19,359 nucleotides of DNA from Octopus sinensis. Its lineage: Eukaryota. The notes beneath the pieces are model-generated. The model ran no database searches, was not told the DNA's origin, and saw only the letters and a list, made by a program, of their open reading frames with translations. Position numbers and translations under genes: made by a program. The stretch covers positions 1 to 19,359 of the forward strand of contig NW_021824281.1 of the NCBI RefSeq assembly GCF_006345805.1. Reading direction: 5' to 3'. Shown here piece after piece: positions 8,099-16,300 of the stretch (position 1 is the first letter of the stretch; each line of letters starts with the position of its first letter).

Positions 8099-8373
8099 GA
8101 GAGAGACAGATCTATATATATAGAGAGAGAAACATGTATATACATATAGATATTTATATTTATGTATATGTGTGTATGTTTCGGTGTCCCTAAAACCGGT
8201 TGACAACCGATGCCGGTGTTTTTTACACTCCATTAACTTATCCGTTCGGGAAAAGAAGACCAACAGAATATATACTAGACTGACGTAAACAAAAGTCCTA
8301 GTGTCGATTTGCTGAAGAAAAGGATGTGCATGGGCACAGTGAAATGACTAAACCAGGATAAGAGTAAAAGTAA
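8059..8373 (+). mobile_element. SINE linker plus 3' half with AGAGTAAAAGTAAA tail, sense
   Basis: (TA)n(GA)n linker, TTGACAACCGATGCCGGTG, GTCGATTTGCT, CAGTGAAATGACT, then the tail GATAAGAGTAAAAGTAAA. Confidence 0.75.
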
Positions 8374-8564
8374 ATGTAAGGGAAGTAACTGCAAGATTTT
8401 GTAGTTATCTCCCTTTCTAGTAACTCTACAAAGAAAGATAACTCCAAAATCTTTCAGAGTTACCTCCCTCACATATACTGATAATTGTTAAATATACTAG
8501 GCAAGAGAAGTAACTCTAGAAAAGGAGATAATTACAAAATCTTCCAGAGTTACTTCCCTTACAT
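8374..8564. mobile_element. ~190-bp MITE-like element with ~47-bp terminal inverted repeats built from the palindromic motif
   Basis: ATGTAAGGGAAGTAACTGCAAGATTTTGTAGTTATCTCCCTTTCTAG (8374-8420) is the inverted counterpart of CTAGAAAAGGAGATAATTACAAAATCTTCCAGAGTTACTTCCCTTACAT (8516-8564). A third copy lies internally at ~8430-8469. No unambiguous target-site duplication. Confidence 0.65.
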
Positions 8565-8569
8565 GTATC

Positions 8570-9780
8570 TGTTTGTGTACGTAAAACTGTTTTTATTTGT
8601 GTGTGTGTGTGTCGGTAGTTTCATTTCAGTGTTTGTGTTTGTGTGATTGTTTTTATTTCTGTGTGTATGTTTGTGGGAGCCTATGTGCGGTTTTTTTCGC
8701 TTGTGTGTGTGCGACAATTACAGCTACAACAAACACTTTGAGCATCTCCAAGATACCCACATTTGCAGATCACTAGCTTCTAAATGAAAAGAAGTTCAAT
8801 TTATTGCGACTTCAGATTTGCGATTGTTAAGCACCCAATGCTCCCTGTATCTACATACCTAGTACTGACTTTGCAGTGAAATCTAGTCAAGCAATTTGTC
8901 TCTTTTTTTGTTAAATCGTGTTGGAACTGGTGGATAAGCCTAGACAGTTTGGTCATTATATTCGATTGACTGTAGTTGTTCATGTTTTAACCGATGTTTT
9001 ACTCCCTGTATTTTAGCGGTTCGGCAAAAGAGAACAAGTTAGAATAAATACTATGCTTACAACAAATAAGTGCTGCGGACGATGTTCTCGACTAAAGGCG
9101 GCGCTCCAGTATTTATATATATATATATATTTACATAGATATACGTGTATATACCCACATACGCATATAAAACAAAAAAGAAACTTTGATTATGTCATTA
9201 TTACTTTATTACAGATATTACAACATGAAACGTATTATATGACGTTAGGGAAGTAACTCTAGGAGATATTTTCTGCTATCTCCCTAGTGAACAGGTCATA
9301 GACTTTTCTCGTTATTTACTCTTTTACTCTCATTTACTTGTTTCAGTCATTTGACTGTGGGCATGTTGCAGCACCACCTTCAGCCGAGCATATCGACCCC
9401 AGGACTTATTCTTTGTAGGCCTAGTACTTATTTTTTCAGTCTCTTTCGCTGAACCTCTAAGTTATGGGGAGGTAAACAGACTAGCATCCATTGTGTAGCA
9501 ATGTTTGGGGACAAAGACACACGCACACATATATAAACATATACATGACTGGAGTTTTCCAGATTCCTTCCACCATATCCAATCACAAGGCTTTGGTTGG
9601 CTCGGGGCTATAGTAGATTTTTCAAACGATGCTGGTGTGTTTTCCTCCCTGTATTTCAGCGGCTCGGCAGAAAAGAATAAGTTAGAATAAATACTAGGCT
9701 TAGAAAGAATAAGTGCTGCTGACGATGTGCTCGAAGGTAGATTGGTATATATAATATATATATTTATAAAGATATATCAG

Positions 9781-9811
<31 letters not shown>

Positions 9812-9975
9812 CATGTATATACATATAGACATTTATATATATGTATATGTGTGTATATTTCTGTGTCTCCAAAACCGCTTGACAACAAATGCCGGTGTTT
9901 TTTACACTCCATTAACTTATCCGTTCGGGAAAAGAAGACCAACAGAATTAATACTAGACTGACGTAGATAAGAGT
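8570..9975. repeat. Duplicated block B, copy 2
   Basis: Colinear with 6749-8365. It lacks ~126 bp (about 7055-7180) of the PLE fragment and 69 bp (8288-8356) near its end. Confidence 0.93.
8864..8980 (-). pseudogene. Truncated paralog of the PLE RT fragment
   Basis: ORF-track peptide TKLSRLIHQFQHDLTKKETNCLTRFHCK; the LPKI...RPI part is deleted. Confidence 0.65.
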
Positions 9976-10300
9976 TAGGGTTAGGGTTGGGTTAGGGTTA
10001 GGGTTAGGGTTGGGTTAGGGTTAGGGTTAGGTTGGTTAGGGTTAGGGTTAGGGTTAGGGTTAGGGTTTGGGGTTGGGTTAGGGTTGGGGTTGGGTTAGGG
10101 TTAGGGTTGGTTAGGTTAGGGTTAGGGTTAGGGTTGGTTAGGTTAGGGTTGGGGTTAGGGTTAGGGTTAGGGTTGGGGTTGGGTTAGGGTTGGGTTAGGG
10201 TTAGGGTTAGGGTTGGGGTTAGGGTTAGGGTTTGGGTTAGGGTCAGGGTCAGGGTCAGGGTTAGGGTTAGGGTTAGGGTTAGGGTTGGGTTAGGGTTAGG
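9975..10300 (+). repeat. Interstitial telomeric tract of ~326 bp, mostly TTAGGG with TTGGG, TTGGGG, TTAGG and TTGG variants and three TCAGGG (10243-10260)
   Basis: Read directly. Confidence 0.97.
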
Positions 10301-13300
10301 TGCGCTCGTAGGTACATCAGAACAAGGTATATACCTAGTAAATCTGTAGCTTGTGCAGAGTCCGGTGCTCCCGTAGGTACATCAGAACAAGGTAAATACC
10401 TAGTAAGTCTGTACCTTGTGCAGAGTCCGGTGCTCCCGTAGATACATCAGAAAAAGGTAAATACCTAGTAAGACTTTAGATTGTGCAGAATCCAGTGCTC
10501 TCGTAGGTACATCAGGACAATTTAAATACCTAGTAAGTCTGTAGCTTGTGCAGAATCCGCTGCTCCCGTAGGTACATCAGAGCAAGGTAAATACCTAGTC
10601 AGTCTGTATCTTGTGCAGAAACCGTTGTTCCCTTAGGTACATCAGAACAAGGTAAATACCTAGTCAGTCTGTATCTTGTGCAGAGTCCGGTTCCCCCGTA
10701 TGTACATCAGAACAAGGTAAATAGCTAGTAAGTCTGTAGCTTGTGCAGAATCCGGTGCTCCCGAAGGTACATCAGAACCAGGTAAATACCTAGTAAGTCT
10801 GTAGCTTATGCACAATCCGGTGCTCCCGTAGGTACATCTGAACAAGGTAAATACCTAGTAAGTCTGTAGCTTGTGCAGAAACCGGTGCTCCCGTAGGTAC
10901 ATCAGAACAAGGTAAATACCTAGTAAGTCTGTACCTTGTGCAGAGTCCGGTGCTCCCGTAGGTACATCAGAAAAAGGTAAATACCTAGTAAGTCTGTAGC
11001 TTGTGCAGAATCCGGTGCTCTCGTAGGTACATCAGAACAAGGTAAATACCTAGTAAGTCTGTAGCTTGTGCAGAATCCGGTGCTCCCGTAGGTACATCAG
11101 AACAAGGTAAATACCTAGTAAGTCTGTAGCTTGTGCAGAATCCGGTGTTCCCGTAGGTACATCAGAGCAAGATAAATACCTAGTCAGTCTGTAGCTTGTG
11201 CACAATCCGGTGCTCCCGTAGGTACATCAGAACAAGGTAAATACCTAGTAAGTCTGTAGCTTGTGCAGAGTCTGGTGCTCCCGTAGGTACATCAGAACAA
11301 GGTAAATACCTCGTAAGACTTTAGCTTGTGCAGAATCCGGTGCTCCTGTAGGTACATCAGAACAAGGTAAATACCTTGTAAGTCTGTAGCTTGTGCAGAA
11401 TCCGGTGCTCCCGTATGTACATCAGACCAAGGTAAATACCTAGTAAGTCTGTAGCTTGTGCACAATCCGGTGCTCCCGTAGGTACATCAGAACAAGGTAA
11501 ATACCTAGTAAGTCTGTAGCTTGTGCAGAGACAGGAGTTCCCGTAGGTACATCAGAACAAGGTAAATACCTAGTAAGTCTCTAGCTTGTGCAGAATCCGG
11601 TGCTCCCGTAGGTACATCAGAACAAGGTAAATACCTAGTAAGTCTGTAGCTTGTGCAGAGACCGGTGCTCCCGTAGGTACATCAGAACAGGTAAATACCT
11701 GTAAGTCTGTAGCTTTTGCAGAGACAGGAGTTCCCGTAGGTACATCAGACAAGGTAAATACCTAGTAAGTCTGTAGCTTTTGCAGAGACAGGAGATCCCG
11801 TAGGTACATCAGAACAAGGTAAATACCTAGTAAGTCTGTAGCTTGTGCAGAATCCGGTGCTCCCGTAGGTACATCAGAACAAGGTAAATACCTAGTAAGT
11901 CTGTAGCTTGTGCAGAATCCGGTGTTCCCGTAGGTACATCAGAGCAAGGTAAATACCTAGTCAGTCTGTATCTTGTGCAGAGTCCGGTGCTCCCGTAGGT
12001 ACATCAGAGCAAGGTAAATACCTAGTCAGTCTGTATCATGTGCAGAGTCCGGTGCTCCCGTATGTACATCAGAACAAGGTAAATAGCTAGTAAGTCTGTA
12101 GCTTGTGCAGAGTCCGGTGCTCCCGTAGGTACATCAGAACAAGGTAAATACCTAGTAAGTCTGTAGCTTGTGCAGAGTCCGGTGCTCCCGTAGGTACATC
12201 AGAACAAGGTAAAAACCTAGTAAGTCTGTAGCTTGTGCAGAATCCGGTGTTCCCGTCGGTACATCAGAGCAAGGTAAATACCTAGTCAGTCTGTATCTTG
12301 TGCAGAGTCCGGTGCTCCCGTAGGTACACCAGAGCAAGATAAATACCTAGTAAGTCTGTAGCTTTTGCAGAATCCGGTGCTCCCGTAGGTACATCAGAAC
12401 AAGGTAAATACCTAGTAAGTCTGTAGCTTGTGCAGATTCCGGTACTCCCGTAGGTAAATCAGAACAAGGTAAAAACCTAGTAAGTCTGTAGCTTGTGCAG
12501 AGACCGGTGCTCCCGTAGGTACATTAGAACAAGGTAAATACCTAGTAAGTCTGTAGCTTGTGCAGAGACCGGTGCTCCCGTAGGTACATCAGAACAAGGT
12601 AAATACCTTGTAAGTCTGTAGCTTGTGCAGAGTCCGGTGCCCCCATAGGTACATCAGAACAAGGTAAATAACTAGTAAGTCTGTACCTTGTGCAGAGTCC
12701 AGTGCTCCCGTAGGTATATCAGAAAAAGGTTAATACCTAGTAAGTATTTAGCTTGTGCAGAGTCCGATGCTCCCGTAGGTACATCAGAACAAGGTAAATA
12801 CCTAGAAAATTTGTACCTAGTGCAGAGTCCGGTGCTCCCGTAGGTACATCAGAAAAAGGTAAATACCTAGTAAGTCTTTAGCTTGTGCAGAATCCGGTGC
12901 TATCGTAGGTACATCAGAACAAGGTAAATACCTGGTGAGTCTGTAGCTTGTGCAGAATCCGCTGCTCCCGTAGGTACATCAGAACAAGGTAAATACCTTG
13001 TAAGTCTGTAGCTTGTGCAGAGTCCGGTGCTCCCGTATGTACATCAGAACAAGGTAAAAACCTAGTAAGTCTGTAGCTTGTGCAGAATCCGGTGTTCCCT
13101 TCGGTACATCAGAGCAAGGTAAATACCTTGTAAGTCTGTAGCTTGTGCAGAGTCTGGTGCTCCAGTAGGTACAGCAGAACTAGGTAAATACCCAGTAAGT
13201 CTAGCTTGTGCAGAGTCTGGTGCTCCAGTAGGTACAGCAGAACTAGGTAAATACCCAGTAAGTCTGTAGCTTTTGCAGAGACAGGAGATCCCGTAGGGAC

Positions 13301-16300
13301 ATCAGAACAAGGTAAATACCTAGTAAGTCTGTAGTTTGTGCAGAATCCGGTGCTCCCGTAGGTACATCAGAACAAGGTTAATACCTAGTAAGTCTGTAGC
13401 TTGTGCAGAATCCGGTGTTCCCGTAGGTACATCAGAGCTAGGTAAATACCTAGTCAGTCTGTATCTTGTGCAGTGTCCGGTGCTCCCGTAGGTACATCAG
13501 AGCAAGGTAAATACCTAGTCAGTCTGTATCATGTGCAGAGTCCGTTGCTCCCGTATGTACATCAGAACAAGGTAAATAGCTAGTAAGTCTGTAGCTTGTG
13601 CAGAGTCCGGTGCTCCCGTAGGTACATCAGAACAAGGTAAATACCTAGTAAGTCTGTAGCTTGTGCAGAGTCCGGTGCTCCCGTATGTACATCAGAACAA
13701 GGTAAAAACCTAGTAAGTCTGTAGCTTGTGCAGAATCCGGTGTTCCCTTCGGTACATCAGAGCAAGGTAAATACCTAGTCAGTCTGTATCTTGTGCAGAG
13801 TCCGGTGCTCCCGTAGGTACACCAGAGCAAGGTAAATACCTAGTAAGTCTGTAGCTTTTGCAGAATCCGGTGCTCCCGTAGGTACATCAGAACAAGGTAA
13901 ATACCTAGTAAGTCTGTAGCTTGTGCAGAGTCCGGTGCTCCCGTATGTACATCAGAACAAGGTAAATACCTAGTAAGTCTGTAGCTTGTGCACAATCCGG
14001 TGCTCCCGTAGGTACATCAGAACAAGGTAAATACCTAGTAAGTCTGTAGCTTGTGCAGAGACAGGAGTTCCCGTAGGTACATCAGAACAAGGTAAATACC
14101 TAGTAAGTCTCTAGCTTGTGCAGAATCCGGTGCTATCGTAGGTACATCAGAACAAGGTAAATACCTGGTGAGTCTGTAGCTTGTGCAGAATCCGCTGCTC
14201 CCGTAGGTACATCAGAACAAGGTAAATAACTTGTAAGTCTGTAGCTTGTGCAGAATCCGGTGTTCCCGTAGGTACATCAGAGCAAGGTAAATACCTAGTC
14301 AGTCTGTATCTTGTGCAGAGTCTGGTGCTCCCGTAGGTACAGCAGAACTAGGTAAATACCCAGTAAGTCTGTAGCTTGTGCAGAGTCCGGTGCTCCCGTA
14401 GGTACATCAGAACAAGGTAAATACCTAGTAAGTCTGTAGCTTGTGCAGAGTCCGGTGCTCCCGTAGGTACATCAGAACAAGGTAAATACCTAGTAAGTCT
14501 GTAGCTTGTGCAGAGTCCGGTGCTCCCGTAGGTACATCAGAACAGGTAATATCCTCGTAGACTTTAGCTTGTGCAGAATCCGGTGCTCCTGTAGGTACAT
14601 CAGAACAAGGTAAATACCTTGTAAGTCTGTAGCTTTATGCAGAATCCGGTGCTCCCGCAGGTACATCAGAACAGGGTAAATACCTAGTAAGTCTGTAGCT
14701 TGTGCAGAATCCGGTGCTCCCGTAGGTACATCAGAACAAGATAAATAACTAGTAAGTCTGTAGCTTGTGCAGAAACGGGTGCTCCCGTAGGTACATCAGA
14801 ACAAGGTAAATACCTAGTAAGTCTGTAGCTTGTGCAGAGACCGGTGCTCCCGTAGGTACATCAGAACAAGGTAAATACCTAGTAAGTCTGTAGATTGTGC
14901 AGAGACCGGTGCTCCCGTAGGTACATCAGAACAAGATAAATAACTAGTAAGTCTGTAGCTTGTGCAGAAACGGGTGCTCCCGTAGGTACATCAGAACAAG
15001 GTAAATACTTAGTAAATCTTTAGCTTGTGCAGAATCCGGTGCTCCCGTAGGTACATCAGAACAAGGTATATACCTAGTAAGTCTGTAGCTTGTGCAGAGT
15101 CCGGTGCTCCCGTAGGTACATCAGAACAAGGTAAATACCTAGTAAGTCTGTACCTTGTGCAGAGTCCGGTGCTCCCGTAGGAACATCAGAAAAAGGTAAA
15201 TACCTAGTAAGTCTTTAGCTTGTGCAGAATCCGGTGCTCCCTTAGGTACATCAGAACAAGGTAAATACCTAGTAAGTTTGTAGCTTGTGCAGAGACCGGT
15301 GCTCCCGTAGGTACATAAGAACAAGGTAAATACCTAGTATGTCTGTAGCTTTTGCAGAGACCGGTGCTCCCGTAGGTACATCAGAACAAGGTAAATACCT
15401 AGTAAGTCTGTATCATGTGCAGAGTCCGGTGCCCCCATAGGTACATCAGAACAAGGTAAATATTTAGTAAATCTTTAGCTTGTGCAGAATCCGGTGCTCC
15501 CGTATGTACATCAGAACAAGGTATATACCTAGTAAGTCTGTAGCTTGGCAGAGTCCGGTGCTCCCGTATGTTCATCAGAGCAAGGTAAATACCTAGTCAG
15601 TCTGTAGCTTGTGCAGAGTCCGCTGCTCCCGTAGGTACATCAGAGCAAGGTAAAAACCTAGTCAGTCTGTAGCTTGTGCAGAGTCCGGTTTTCCCGTAGG
15701 TACATCAGAGCAAGGTAAATACCTAGTCAGTCTGTAACTTGTGCAGAGTCTGGTGCTCCTGTAGGTACATCAGAACTAGGTAAATACCTAGTAAATCTGT
15801 AGCTTGTGCAGAGTCCGGTGCTCCCGTAGGTACATCAGAACAAGGTAAATACCTAGTAAGTCTGTAGCTTGTGCAGAGTCCGGTGCTCCCGTAGGTACAT
15901 CGGAACAAGGTAAATAACTCGTAAGTCTGTAGCTTGTGCAGAATCCGGTGCTCCTGTAGGTACATAAGAACAAGGTAAATACCTAGTAAGTCTGTAGCTT
16001 GTGCAGAATCCGCTGCTCCCGAAGGTACATCAGAACAAGGTAAATACCTAGTAAGTCTGTAGCTTGTGCAGAATCCGGTGCTCCCGTAGGTACATCAGAA
16101 CAAGGTAAATACCTAGTCAGTCTGTATCTTGTGCAGAGTCCGGTGCCCCCGTATGTACATCAGAACAAGGTAAATAGCTAGTAAGTCTGTAGCTTGTGCA
16201 GAGTCCGGTGCTCCCGTATGTACATCAGAACAAGGTAAATAGCTAGTAAGTCTTTAGATTGTGCAGAATGAGGTGCGCTCGTAGGTACATCAGAACAAGG

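Larger units (their letters stand above)
6749..8365. repeat. Duplicated block B, copy 1 (direct paralog of 8570-9975)
   Basis: Colinear from TGTTTGTGTACGT through the module, Penelope-like fragment, SINE pieces and palindromic motif to GATAAGAGT. Confidence 0.93.

Noticed and set aside
8507-8535. FRT-like site (GAAGTAAC-TCTAGAAA)
   Set aside because: Only the 8-bp spacer and a few arm bases match. It is explained by the local palindromic motif family, and no recombinase is present.
3997-9942. Short Y/I/C/V-rich ORFs
   Set aside because: They are translations of (TA)n, (CA)n and SINE sequence. Only 8801-8983 partly reflects the PLE relic.
3454-10300. End-to-end chromosome fusion scar
   Set aside because: A fusion predicts (TTAGGG)n facing (CCCTAA)n. 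No CCCTAA array occurs, and both tracts have the same polarity.
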